Shown here: positions 1 to 12,157 of the stretch, in pieces
Position numbering within the stretch: the stretch's first letter is position 1
How the letters are laid out: each line of letters starts with the position of its first letter
Program-made: the position numbers and the translations under genes
DNA from: Sphyrna mokarran
Lineage: Eukaryota
DNA: 64,000 nucleotides
Assembly (NCBI GenBank): GCA_024679065.1
Contig: JAGIQG010000040.1
Location: 9,052,001-9,116,000, forward strand
Direction: 5' to 3'
The notes under the pieces: generated by a model
Told to the model about the DNA's origin: nothing
Database searches by the model: none
The model's input: only the letters and a program-made list of their open reading frames with translations

Positions 1-151
1 CGTTAAAATATCTAAAGATCCAGAGTCCTTTAGTTCGTAGAATTACCATTCAGAGGAGACCATTAATGCACTGAATACTAAACATTAACAAGTGCACTTA
101 AACTGGAGAGAGACACTGTGACACATTTATTGTTTCAATCTCGCAGCTCAC

Positions 152-460
152 CTGTTTCCTTGTGGATGGATTTTCTTAAAGGAGTCGGCAGATCCTGATG
201 GCTCACCACGCACTCAAACACAGCCCCACTCAGCCAGGCTTGTGTCGAGATGTTTAATTTGCTGATCAGGCTGTCAGGATCCGTTCCTGGCTTTTCGGCA
301 ATCTCTGATTTCAGATACTTCCGATCTCGGATCCAGGACATGTTAACTCCATAAGGAGCATTGGAAATGATGCAGGTTAAAGTCACGGTCGCCTCCAGTA
401 AGACCTGCTCTATTGGTGGTGCCTGTATCGTCACTGTGGAATCATGGCACTGGGGAGGAT
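152..460 (-). CDS. IGHM: IgM heavy chain constant exon Cmu3
   Basis: C1-set domain [52 protein letters not shown]. Acceptor ttcacag| at 461-463, donor |gtgag at 151-147; 309 nt, phase 1-1. Confidence 0.93.
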
Positions 461-784
461 CTGTGAATGACAAATGAAAATCAACCCAAGTTCCCTCTTC
501 CGAAGCATGTCTGTATCTGGCCTGGAATGCACATGACTCCAGATCCACAGAAACGTCTGTGCCCTCAGGGATAAGAAACAAATGCACATTCCATGAAGGA
601 ATAGCAAAAACTACTGTTGTAATGTAATTTTGAATGGAGCACTGTCCTAATGCAGCAAACCATATGGCAGTAAATTAGAAGTTCTTCTGTGCTTTGTACT
701 AATTTCAACAGATCATAATTTCAATTAAGATCAGAATGATACATTTTATTTTACACTTCACATCAGTATTCATAGGGAAGAGTG

Positions 785-893
785 ACACATAGAACATGCT
801 ACAGCACAAACAGGCCCTTCGGCCCACAAGTTGTGCCGACCATATCTCAACCAACTAGGCTATAGAACATAGAAAACTACAGCACAAACAGGC
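785..893 (-). mobile_element. Two tandem very short CR1 3' tips
   Basis: atagaac..tacagcacaaacaggc(ccttcggccc) occurs twice; same terminus as the larger CR1 copies. Confidence 0.65.
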
Positions 894-894
894 G

Positions 895-2547
895 ATTGCT
901 AGTGTCTCGGAGGGATGTGTAGACCTGTTAGAACAAATCACAATTATAAGAGAGAAAGTGTTAGATGTTTTAGCAATCGTTAACATAGACAAATCTACAG
1001 GGCAAGACGGCATTTGTCTTAGATTATGAGGGAGACAAGAGATGAAATTGCTGGGCTTCTAACAGAAATATTTGATTCTTCATTGAACACAGGTGGGATC
1101 CCAGGGGATTGGAAGATAGCAAATGTGGTCCCATTATTTAAGAAGGATAGCAAGGATAATTCAGGTAATTATACGCTGGTGAGTTTGATGTCTACGATAG
1201 AGAAATTTTGGAGGAGATTCTTAGGGATAGGATCTATACGTGTTTAGAACTGAATAGTGTCATTAGTGATACACAACATGATGTTGTACGAGGGAGGCCA
1301 TGCCTCACAAATTTGGTAGAGTTTTTTGAGGAGATGACAAAAAAGATTGAAGAGGGAAGGGCCATGTATATCGACTACATGATTTGAAGCAAATAATTGG
1401 ATAAGGTTCCTCATTCCTGATGCAAAAGATTGAATCTCATGGGATCAAAGCTGAACGAACAAGATGGATACAGAACTGGTTTGGCCATAAACCCAGAGGG
1501 TAGCAGTGGAGGTATCATTTTCTGGTTGAAGTTTGGTGATTAGCGTTGTTGTACAGGGCTCTGTACTGAGGCTTCTGCTGTTTGTGATACGATTTAGAAG
1601 AAGATGTAGCTGTTCTGATTTGTAAGTTTGGATGACACAAAGATTGCTGGAGTTGTGGATAGTGATAAACATTGTCAGAGATAGACATATCTTTGAAATG
1701 TTCATCACTATCCGCATCATATGCAGAATATAGATATGCTGGAAAATTGGGCGGAGAAGTGGCAGATGGAATTTAATCCAGAAGAATGAGAAGTAGTGTA
1801 CTTTTGCAGATTTAATGAAGGGGAGCTATACAATAAATGGCAGAACCATCAGGAGTAAAGGGACGCAGAGGGATCTGAGTGTGCAAACTCGCAGATCCTT
1901 AAAGGTGGCAACACAGCTGGAAAAGGCAGTGAAGAAGGCATATGGCATGCTTGTCTTATTGGATGGGACATAAAGTATAAAAGTAAGCATACAATGTTGC
2001 AATATATAGAACATTTGGAATACTGCGTCCCGTTCTGGTCGGCACATGAACAGAAAGTCGTGGAAGCTTCGGAGAGAGTTCAGAAAAGGTTATCCAGGAT
2101 GTTGCCTGGTATGTAGGGCCTTTGTTATGAGGTGAGATTCAGTAAGTTAGGTTGTTCTCCCTGGAAAGAGGGATGTTGAAGGGTGACATAGTAGAAGTTT
2201 ATAAAATTATGAAGAACATAGATAGGGTGAACAGTTGAAAGCTTTTTCCCCAGATGGAAATGACAGACACAAGGGGTCACAAGTTCAAGGTAAGGGGGGG
2301 GCGTGGTTCGATACAAATATACATATTTTACACAGAGGGTGAAGGGGCCTGGAATGCATTACCATGAAAAGTGGTTGAGGCAGACACGCTAGGATTATTT
2401 AAGACTTATCCAAGACTTAGGGATAGCCACATGAACAGACTAGAGATCGAGGGATACAAACAGATAGTCTAGTTAGGAACACATGATGTGTGCAGGCTCG
2501 GAGGGCTGAAGGGCCTGCTCCTGTGCTGTATTGTTATTTGTTCTTTG
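895..2547 (+). mobile_element. Degenerate CR1 LINE in Cmu2-Cmu3 intron
   Basis: DWKIANVVPLFKK..NY..VSL RT motifs with stops and frameshifts; 3' end gaagggcctgctcctgtgctgtattgtt. Confidence 0.9.
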
Positions 2548-2574
2548 CTTTTTTTCTAGGATTGAGTCTCTTAC

Positions 2575-2880
2575 CCTGAGACCCGCTGATGTTCTGACTC
2601 TGAGTGAGTTCTTGATGAGTGACCTGGCAGGTATAGACCGCTTTGCTGAACCATTCCCGAGCGGAGACTGTCAGCCGACTGCTGGCCGAGAAGTTTCCGT
2701 TCACTTGACAGGCGGGAGTGGTGACAATTCCTGAATCCATGGGTTGTCCATTCTTCAGCCACTTCACCGTCATTGAATTTGGCTGGAAATCAATGATTGA
2801 ACAGACGATAGTTGCGAATTTCCTGCTTGTGACTTCTTCACTGGAACTCGCGGTGAGGATAACGGTTGGGGGGATGTCAC
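2575..2880 (-). CDS. IGHM: IgM heavy chain constant exon Cmu2
   Basis: [45 protein letters not shown]. Acceptor ttgaag|, donor |gtaag; 306 nt, phase 1-1. Confidence 0.93.
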
Positions 2881-2989
2881 CTTCAACAAACACATGTTCA
2901 GACATTACTTAAAGATTTAGTTGACAATAATTAAAATTAGTTATTTTATTTTCGCACCAGAGCTGCAGATTTGAGAATTGTATACATGG

Positions 2990-3712
2990 TTTGGTTGAAT
3001 TGGCAGGGAAATGACGAATGGAATTCACCATCAAAAGTGCCATGCAATGCATTTGGGGAGGGCAAATAAAGCAAGAGAATAGTCAACATAATGGGAGGTT
3101 GTGAGGGATTGAGGAAATAAAAATCTTGGAGTGCGTGCCCACAGGTCCTTGTAGATGGTAAAGTAGCTGGACAAGTTGATCAAGAAAATATTCAGGATTA
3201 ATTCCTCTAATATGTGAGGTATTGAATACAAAATCAATGATGCAATGATTGAGCGTATAAAACGCTAGTTAGGCCACGTTTGGAGTGTGTTGCGCTGTTC
3301 TGACCATCATGTTGCAGGAATGACGTAATGACTCTAAAGAGAGATGAGGTTTACAGGAATGTTGGATGGGCCTGAAAATTGCAGCCATGAGGCGAGTTTG
3401 GATAGGCAGGGTTTGTTAGAAAAAGAGGCGGCTGAGGCGTGATGTAATTGTGGTTCACAAATTTATAAGGAACGTAGGCAGAAATAATTCATTCCCCAAA
3501 TGCAAGGCTCAATTTCCAGGGAACACGGTCATTTCAAAGATATCTGGATTTGCGTCTCAAGTACTTTAACATGTAAGACTACGAAGCAAGGGCGGCTGGA
3601 AAGTGGGCTTAAAATGCATGGCTAATTTATTTGTTCTCACTTGTGGCCAAAACAGATATGATTGGCTAAATAGCCTCTTTCTGCACTGTAACATTTCGAT
3701 GCTTCTCTGGTT
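2990..3712 (+). mobile_element. Old CR1-like LINE 3' fragment in Cmu1-Cmu2 intron
   Basis: Degenerate WQxEF..KC and YKTLVRPxLE-like coding; 3' gcctctttctgcactgtaac. Confidence 0.7.
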
Positions 3713-3826
3713 CTGAGCAATTTTTCAGTCAGTAGACATTTACCTGTATTTTGCACTTTTTTTTAGGAGTGTTACAAATCAGTTACATCGCAGCGTCTCT
3801 CTCTACGCAGGTTTCACAACACTTAC

Positions 3827-4126
3827 ATGGTATTTTAACGCTCTTGACTGAGCCACTGTGTCGAACCTCACAGTCAATATTGGGGCATTCTCGCACTAAG
3901 TCGCTAATGGTTAACTGGCTGCTTAGGGTGTAGGTTCCCATCGTGTTTCTCACTGACGGGTAAGTCTTAAACCCAGTAGTGATCGATTGCCCATTGTTCT
4001 TCCAGGTCAGTTTGGAGACATCCAAAGAGTAATCCATCGCCAAACATCCGTAGGTGACGGAGCCGTCGGAGTTCTGCTGCTGACAGGAGGACACCAGGCT
4101 GTAGAGAGTGGGTGGAGACGGTGTTG
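3827..4126 (-). CDS. IGHM: IgM heavy chain constant exon Cmu1
   Basis: ATPSPPTLYSLVSSCQQQNSDGSVTYGCLAMDY..TWK..YTLSSQLT..CEVRH, typical chondrichthyan Cmu1. Acceptor ttcccag|, donor |gtaag; 300 nt. Confidence 0.93.
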
Positions 4127-4652
4127 CTGGGAAAGAATAGCAGACTGAACATGTTAGACTCTTATTTTGCGTTTATTAAGTCAAACATTTTGTTACAAAT
4201 ATGTTTCCATATTAAATATAGCTCTAGGTTTAAGGGGATCAAGAGATATGGGTAGTAGCTGTGATCAGAATATTGATAAGTCATGATCAAAATGAATAGC
4301 GAAGCGGTCTCAAAGGGATGAATGGCCTACTCCTACTTCTATTTTTGATATTTCTATCTCAAACATTGAATAGAATTATGAACTGATCCTAATAGTTCCT
4401 GATTCATTCTATATACACCTTTGAGACTCCGTTCGTTCTATCATTTGGGAATTACCATCTCTGTGGAATCTCATATCCCTGTCTCTCCCTCTATCAGATT
4501 AGGAAGAAACAACATTCTGATAGCCTCAAAATAACATACCATTCATTGGATTAAGAGAGAAGAGCAAAGTTTTTCTCCATTATTGCAGCAACTATTTATT
4601 TCTCAAACACCAGCACTTTGTAATGAAGAAATTTTCTCTTAATTCATACCAT

Positions 4653-4773
4653 CCACTCACCTGATGAAGAAGCTCCAAAAGCTTGCAATTCCAAATAAAC
4701 CTGCTGGACTTTAACCTGATGTTGTGAGAATCCTTACTGTGCCCACATCAACATAACAATGACATCTCCACAT
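4653..4773 (+). mobile_element. Penelope-like terminal fragment with hammerhead relic
   Basis: tcacCTGATGAag..ctccaaaagctt followed by ccaaataaacctgctggactttaacc, shared with 30250-30340 and 32043-32090 next to the GIY-YIG fragments. Confidence 0.65.
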
Positions 4774-5169
4774 TGTAGTTTTGGAAATTGCCTGTGTTCA
4801 AGCTGACAGATGCCCATTCTTCTCTCCAACTCACTACCTCTCACTCCACAAAATGAAGATTAGTGACTTTGCTTCAAAAATACCTTCGGAATGAATACTT
4901 ACTGAATGATCAGGAAACTCTAAATGTGATTACAAATTCAAATAAAATGCAACATTGACTAAATGAAGGATCATACATTAATAGCAAGAGTTGGCCACTC
5001 GGGCCCTGAAGTCTCCTCCATCATTCACTGAGATTACAGATCATCACTGTGGTGCTAGCTCTAATCTGAACCTCTTCGTTTAGCCCATCGATCATTCACT
5101 CTCTGCCCATCTTCCCTGGCTTCTTGCCCTTTCCCCGGGTTCTCTGTCTTTCACGTGGCTCTTTTTTCA

Positions 5170-6092
5170 ATGAATGAGAGAGAGAGAGAGAGAGAATGTG
5201 AGTGCGTGAGGATGAGTGACTGAACGAGCAAGAATGGATGAGTGATGGTGTTTGAGTAACAGACAGTGGGTAAGTGAGGATAGGGAGTGAAATTCCATGA
5301 TGAGGATGACTGATTGAGAGTGTGGGTGAGGTAAGAGAGCATGAGTAAACAAGCGTGTGTGAGAGAGGCTGGGTCAGTGATGATGGCTTAATATGAGTGA
5401 GGGTGGGCGAGTGAGTGTGAGAGAATGAAAGATTGAGTGTGAGTACATGAGGATGTATGATGGTTAGTGAAGATGGATGAGCGAGAGCCAGTGAGACTGG
5501 ATGAGTGAGGGTGGGTAAGTGGGGTGAGTGAATGGGGTGAGGGTGAGTGATTAGTGGGGTTGAGTGAATGAAGAGAATGTGAATGTTGGCGAGCGACTGA
5601 GGCTTTGAGTGGGAGATGTTTAGTGAATGAGGTTAAATGACTGATAATGCGTGTGGGTAGCTGAGAGATAGTGAGTGAATGAGGGTGAGTGAGTGAGGGT
5701 GTATGGAGATCAGTGAGTTTCTGAGGGTGAGTGCGTGAGGGTGAGGGTGAATGTGAGTGTGTGAGGGTGGATGAGTGAGCAAGGCTGACTGACTGAGTAA
5801 GCGTGAATGACGATGATCAAGAGAGAGTGAGTGACTGGGGATAAGTGAGGGTGAGTGAGGGGGATGAGTGAAGGTGAGGGAGTGGGGATGACTGAGTGGG
5901 GATGAGTGACTGTGGATGAGTGAGTGAGGGTGAGTGCATGAAGATGAGTGAGTGAAGGTGAGTGAGTGAAGGTGAGTGAGTGAGAGTGTGTCGGCAAGGG
6001 AAGGAAGGTAAGTGAGGGTGAGTGAGTGAAGATCTTTGAATGAGAATGAGGTGATTGAGTAAGTGTGGGTGAGGGTGAGAGAGTCAGTGAGC
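5170..6092 (+). repeat. GAGT/GAGGGT-rich low-complexity tract
   Basis: ~900 bp of degenerate (GAGT)n/(GAGGGT)n. Confidence 0.9.
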
Positions 6093-6660
6093 CTCCTCCT
6101 CCTCTCCATCGATCTTTTCCCGATTCTCTACATTGATCAGCTTTCAGTAACAGGGCTGTGTAAAGTCAGGAATCAGTGTAGATCACCGGGCAGCTGCTTT
6201 AATGTCGGTGCATTTCTTTAAGAAACACGGATCAGTGAACAAATAGACAGACTGAGGGAGCTGGAAGGGAAGCTTACAGCAAAACTAGGGTCACACAGGA
6301 ATCAAACACCAAGTTTACATCAGTATTGGGGGGCCAGGCGGACTTAGTCTCAGACAAGTTCCTTCTTATTGATTGTGTCTTTGTGTCTGGTGCAACATAT
6401 GGAAATTCCTACTTCTGACATCATGTTGGATGAAATGTCTCATTGATGAAGCGATAGAAGATTGTTCATCCCAGAACAATCCCCTGCCGAATTCCTGCGG
6501 TTGATACCTCAACTTAGATGTTTGACCTCCAACAACCAATACCATGTTGCTTTGTGCTAAATATGACTCCAAACAGAGAAGAATTTCCCGCTGTAACTTA
6601 TTCAATTGAGTTTTACTCGGGCTCCTCGATCCCACCCTCAGTCAAATGTTATGGGGGGGA

Positions 6661-6978
6661 GGGAGTGGTGCAGTGACAGTGATTAGCGCTGCTGCATCAC
6701 AGTTCAATTCCCGATATGGGTCATTGTGCGTGGAGTTAGCAAGTTCACCCCGTGTCTGCTTCGGTTTCCTTCGGGTACTCCTGTTTCCTTTCACAGGCCA
6801 AAGATGTGCGCGGTTCGGTGGATTGGTTGTGCTAAATTACCCCATTAGTTTCACGGAACTAGTTAGATTAAACACATGCGGTTTTGGGAATAGGACTTTG
6901 GTGGGATTGCTGTTGGCGCAGACTCGATGTGTTGAATGGCCCCTTCTGCGCTGTAGGATGCTATGATTCTATTCTATG
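6661..6978 (+). mobile_element. tRNA-derived V-domain SINE (HE1-like)
   Basis: A/B-box-like head, central gtggagtt..ccccgtgtctgc..ggtttcc..ccaaagatgtgc, tail ctatgattctattctatg. Confidence 0.8.
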
Positions 6979-7009
6979 AAGCCAAAGACAGTCACTCCGA
7001 CATATGTGA

Positions 7010-7440
7010 GGTGGAAAGTGTGTGAGAGTGTGTTTGTGTTTGTGCGTGTGCGTGCGTGCGTGCGTGCGAGAGAGAGAGAGAGAGAGGAGAGAAAGAGAGG
7101 TACGCTTGTCCAAGAAGAGTTCTGAGAGAGTGTGTGTGAATAAATGTGAGACAACAGTGTTCGTGACAGAGTGTGCGAAAGCGTGAGGCTGTGTTAATGT
7201 CTGTGCGTTTGCTGTAAGAAAGAATGTGTGTGGGAGTGTGCGTGTGAATACTTTTGTGTATGAGGGTATGACAGAGTGATTGAAACAGCGAGAGTTTGCC
7301 TCTATTTGTATTTGAAAGAGTGTGTGCAAACCGAGAGAGAAAGAGAATGTGTATTGTTGTGTGAGAGAGATCATATCAGAGAGAAAGTAAGTGTGAGTAT
7401 GTATCTGTGAGAGAATACGACAGTGTGTATATGTGTGTAA
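7010..7440 (+). repeat. (TG)/(TGCG)/(GA) microsatellite-rich tract
   Basis: Visible dinucleotide and tetranucleotide runs. Confidence 0.85.
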
Positions 7441-9149
7441 GTCTCCGTCTGGCCGATTCAGTGTGGAAAAGCACACTCGCCACACATACTCAGACTTTCA
7501 CATAGTATGTGGGAGTGACAAATGAGCACAATATGACTGCGGGGCAAGGATTGGAAAAACATGTCAATCGTTCAGAAGTCGGAATTGAATAATTCCCTCT
7601 TTCCTCAAAGGCCGAAATTTGTAAAAACTCAAAAAATTTGGCACAATCCAGGGCAAAGTCACCCACAAGATTACCCGCCCCCTCATTCACCCTATTCACT
7701 CTCTCCATCACTAACAAGCAGTGTGTATTATATACAACATGCACTGCAGCAACTCACCGAGGCTCCATAGAATACACTGACCAAACCCGCTGCCTTTACT
7801 GCCTAACAGGACCAACGCAGCAGCCACATATAAATGCTATCACCTGCGAGATCCTCTCCAAAACACACACCAACCTAACTGGAAACAATACCTCAATTCA
7901 TTCATAGTCGTTGGAACTTCTTGCCAAACAACACGACGGATGCCTGCAGCATATGGACTGCAGTAGTTTAAGGATGCTTCATATCAGCACTTTCTGAAGG
8001 AATAATTAGGGAAGATTACATATTCTGGCTGAGAAGTGACTCTAAAATATCTTTAGAAGATTAAAAATAAGATGCAAATGAACTTAACCCTTCAACTGTC
8101 ATACTAAACAGCTCAGGCATTGCTTTAGTACGGAGCACAATATAGAAAATCTCACTTTGCATTTGCTCATCGAACATTCCTAAGGCCGATACATCATTGC
8201 TTAAAAATCACCCAATTCTCTCTCTACAGTCTGACGGTTCTGCTCTCTCTGATGGTCATAATATTCTTTAGGGGCCTCATTTCTGAGATGCCGAGAGAAG
8301 CATCAAGTCAAACTGTCACATTCGTCAGAGATACAAATGTATTGAAGAAATAAATCAAATTTCTTTCCCTGTAATTCAGGAGAAGGGACCAGAAGATTTA
8401 CAGTCAGGCAGATTCTTGGTCCGAACATTATGTGCACAGAAACAGAACAGACACAAACGACGCAACAGTCGAGTTCCCAGCAGGTTAATCTGTTCAATTT
8501 CATTCCAATTGTTAGATTTTCATTGATCAATGGTCAAGTTACAACAACAAATATCAATAACCTATTTTAAATTAAATTGATATCTAAATTAAACTGATAT
8601 TCAAAACTCCATCCGACTTTTAATAATTTCTCTCTATCTGTGTCACTTCTCGAAAACCAAGTAAATTATAACTTCGCTGAAAATGAGCAAGCACAAATAA
8701 CAGATTCAGGACAAAGCAGAGATGCAGTGACACAGTAACAGTTCAATATCCCTGACAGAGGTACAGTGACACAGTAACAGTTAATGTTAATAGTGTGAAA
8801 AGCACAACAGAACGATTAAAAGGGGATTACTGCTAAATTATTAATATAGAATAATTTTAGGTGAATGTGGAGTTAAATTAATAATTGCTTGATTTATATT
8901 AATTTAACTACTGAACTTGTTAATGAGAAGTCTGTGATTGCAGCAAAGACCAAGTGTCCGAATGAGCGTTGTAAGTCATGATTTACTTGAATTTGCATGC
9001 ATTAATTAAAATTTATATTAAAAACTAACTTTTTATATTTATATTTACATAAAATCTAACTTTTAGTTTTATTTTCCAAACCTGCTTGTTTTTTCTCTAC
9101 AAGGATTTTCGAACTCAAAGATTGTTTGCTTTCAACAGAAAATATCTAA

Positions 9150-10380
9150 GCTCTCAGTGACACCGAATTTAAAGAACACAGAAATATGCCGTAAAGCCAA
9201 ACCATTTCACAAATTTTAAACATTCATAGTGATGGAAAGACAGAAACTCCGCAGCAGAAACAGAACAAAACACATCAATGAGGGAATGAATCCGTTTCAT
9301 GGAAAAGCAGCTCAATTATCCATTTAATAGGATCAAACGTAACATTGCAAAAAAAGAAAATATCAATATCTAATCTAGCAAACCAGCTCTGAAACATTTA
9401 TTAAACTAAACAGAAATCTGAAATAATAGCACTGCAAGGAGGTGGAATATGCCCAATAAATTAGTATAACAACTTATTGCATTTTATTCATATTGGGTCA
9501 TATTTCAAACATATTTAAATATTTGGATGGTAAAACTTCTAGCCACCAAATGCCACCGAAATTAAACATTGCAGATACCTCAAATTCTGAATGCAATGAC
9601 AAAATATGTTCTGAACGAGTGGCGTAAACCGTTATCACTTAAGATATTTTTTTAAAAAATACAAATACAGTAAAATCTGCCTGTTTCCTGCCTGCAGTCA
9701 TGCGTCAAGCAGTTGCAAACCCGCAAAATGTTTCTATTTAATCACAAAGCGTGTAACAGCTCAGTGCCACTAAGTTTAAACAATGCAGAAACACCAAATT
9801 AATTCACAAATTTTACGTATTTAAAGTCACCCAGATTCGTAACCTTCTCACCAGAAAAAAATGCATCACTGAGAGATTCAACCCCACTTCATACAGCAGC
9901 AGCACAATTCTGCAAATGCATCATTTACAGAAACGTTGAAGATAAATTCAAACCAATTTGCCCATCACCAAAGTCATTAATGTTTACAATAACCAGAAAA
10001 TATTGCATAGCAGCGCCAGCATTGTGAATGAGTGGAACATTTTTATTGGATAAATGTAGAAATTTTAGAACTTTAAAATATTGCGTTAGATTTTAAGCAC
10101 TTGTGCAGTAGATAGTACAAACCGCAGCCACTAGATGTCGCCGAGATTAAACATTCTGGAAAAGCTGAATTGTTTAACAGACGTTCCACTTTTAAAGTCA
10201 CCCAGCCACACAGTAACATCAACAGACAAACACAAAATCACAACAACTTGGAATTGAATCCCTCAGCAGCACCTAAAGTCAAGAAACAGCAGAATTCTAA
10301 AACCCGTTTGAGCAGAATCACAGGAAACGTTGTTAGAATTCTCAATAGAGAATCCACCAAACCCATATTTAAGTAAATGA
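9150..10380. repeat. Diverged ~390-bp tandem repeat in J-C intron
   Basis: Colinear blocks at ~9153-9575 and ~9760-10160, with a third partial copy from ~10130. Confidence 0.65.
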
Positions 10381-10457
10381 ATAGATGATTAATATAGATA
10401 AAAATATAAAACAAAGGCACACGTAAACCAGTTACTCAATAAGTGCATCGTTCTTAC

Positions 10458-10505
10458 CTGCAGTCACCGTCACCATGGTTCCTTGTCCCCAGTAGCCAAA
10501 GGAAT
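10458..10505 (-). CDS. IGHJ: JH gene segment (SFGYWGQGTMVTVTA)
   Basis: WGxG motif; phase-1 donor G|gtaag at 10457; flanked by a 23-RSS. Confidence 0.95.
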
Positions 10506-10544
10506 CACAGTGTCACATTCTGTAGGCTGTGCCATACAATAACC
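10506..10544 (+). promoter_or_regulatory. JH recombination signal sequence, 23-bp spacer
   Basis: CACAGTG (10506-10512), 23 nt, ACAATAACC (10536-10544). Confidence 0.93.
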
Positions 10545-10867
10545 ATCTCTGCAAAAAATAGACAAAAAATGACCATTATTTTAATTATTCGCAAACCAGG
10601 GGAAAGGCAAAGTCATTAGATGTTCATTAAATTACAATTGGGTGTCCGAACACCATTCGCCATTCATAAATGATCCTAATGTTTTGTATTTCTCAATTAT
10701 ACATGATAATGTTATTGAAAACACCAACTGACAAATGAGTGATAATCAATATTTTCCATGTTCATTCTTGTCATGTGGTCAGTACTAGATGTAAACAATA
10801 TTGTACCGTGACTAAAGTTGGGATTTAGAAGTAATATTGATCCAACCTCACTTAATTGGCCCTGAGG

Positions 10868-10935
10868 GTTTTTTGTTTTGACAGTAACTGCTGTGCCATC
10901 CAATGATCACAGTGAGACAGAGCATGACAAATACT
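10868..10935 (-). other. DH2 segment (10896-10907, ATCATTGGATGG) with 12/12 RSSs
   Basis: V-side RSS CACAGTG-12-ACAAATACT (10908-10935); J-side RSS CACAGCA-12-ACAAAAAAC (10895-10868). Confidence 0.92.
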
Positions 10936-11244
10936 GAGGCAGACTGTTAACTGTAAAATGCAGACAGTTTATTTCACTGCAATTTCAAAAGCTTGTTTCC
11001 ATCTCGTTTCAGAATGAGCCAATGAGATATTTCGATTTTTATTGGTCATCATATTGATAAAGGGAGTGAAAAACTTTTGCACTCTGTACACATTCAGCAT
11101 GGAAATCAATAACAATAAAGTGGAAGCATTTTATATCTTAAAAAACGCACAATGCTGCTTCTACCTATTATTTTGTTGAACCCTCATTTAGTTTGGCATT
11201 CGGCAGTGGCATTGATGACAAATTTAAGTAAAGTTCTTCTCTGA

Positions 11245-11328
11245 GGTTTTTGCATGAGGATGTCGATTTACTAAGCATTGTGACCCCTCCACTGTAGTAT
11301 CACAGTGATACAGGCCCGCACAAAAAAC
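11245..11328 (-). other. DH1 segment (11283-11300, ATACTACAGTGGAGGGGT) with 12/22 RSSs
   Basis: V-side RSS CACAGTG-12-ACAAAAAAC (11301-11328); J-side RSS CACAATG-22-GCAAAAACC (11282-11245). 12/22 D1 is the shark IgH arrangement. Confidence 0.92.
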
Positions 11329-11682
11329 TGCACTCACTATGTACCGTACTGTCGCTCAATATTCACTTCAAATGGACCATTGATTCTGCTCTAATTTAAA
11401 ATGTAGACAACTACAACTATTTATAAGACAAAATCTGACAGAAATGGTAAAACGGGCAATATAGTCAGTGCTGTACTTGTCGAAACTACAACAAATATAA
11501 AGTCATTGAAAAGTTCACTCCATGAATATCGGTAAGTTTGTTAAATTTAACTGTTAAATGCTTTCTTTGTTACTTTAAAAAAAAAGACTATGATTTGGTT
11601 CTGACCACTGTCGTTAACATTAAATTTAAAACAGGTACTTACCTTCAGGTTATGATAGATATTGCTGAATCCCCTCTCGACC

Positions 11683-11721
11683 TGTTCTTGTTCGGGTCCA
11701 GCCCTGGTTCCTGTCGCTGTG
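11683..11721 (-). promoter_or_regulatory. VH recombination signal sequence, 23-bp spacer
   Basis: CACAGCG (11721-11715), 23 nt, ACAAGAACA (11691-11683). Confidence 0.9.
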
Positions 11722-12026
11722 GTCTCTTGCACAGTAATAGATGGCGGTGTCTTCGGTCTTCAGCCTTGTCATTTCCAAAGAGAAGATGTTATTTGAAGTG
11801 TCTCTGGACGCAGTAAATCGATTCTTAATTCCTGGGGCGTAGTGGTTGCTGAACGGACTTAGATAGTTAACCAGCCACTCCAGCCCCTGTCCAGGAACCT
11901 GCCGGATCCAGTACATCCAGTAACTGCCAAGGTTAAAGCCGCTGGCTTTACAGGTCAGTGTCAGGGAGCCTCTGGGACGCGCGGTCTCTGCCTTTGGCTG
12001 AGTCAACACAACCTCCGACTGGACAC
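11722..12026 (-). CDS. IGHV: VH exon, open frame
   Basis: [51 protein letters not shown]; acceptor ttttacag| at 12027-12028. Confidence 0.96.
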
Positions 12027-12157
12027 CTGTAAAAATATATGTCAAAAACCCTGAGGATTAATCCCGATGAAATGATTGTTGTTCCTGAAACATTTCAGCG
12101 ATAGACAAACAGAGAGACAGTGACATTGAGAGATTTGGACAATAAAATGCTACTCAC

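Noticed and set aside
5170-6092. Canonical class-switch region
   Set aside because: Wrong strand polarity and almost no AGCT/GAGCT motifs.
5633-6109. His/Thr/Ser/Leu-rich ORFs (also 5151-5352, 6961-7485)
   Set aside because: Translation artefacts of (CACT)n/(CA)n low-complexity DNA.
8725-8782. 19-bp direct repeat containing CACAGTA as extra RSS or J relic
   Set aside because: No nonamer at 12 or 23 bp for either copy, and no J-like coding.
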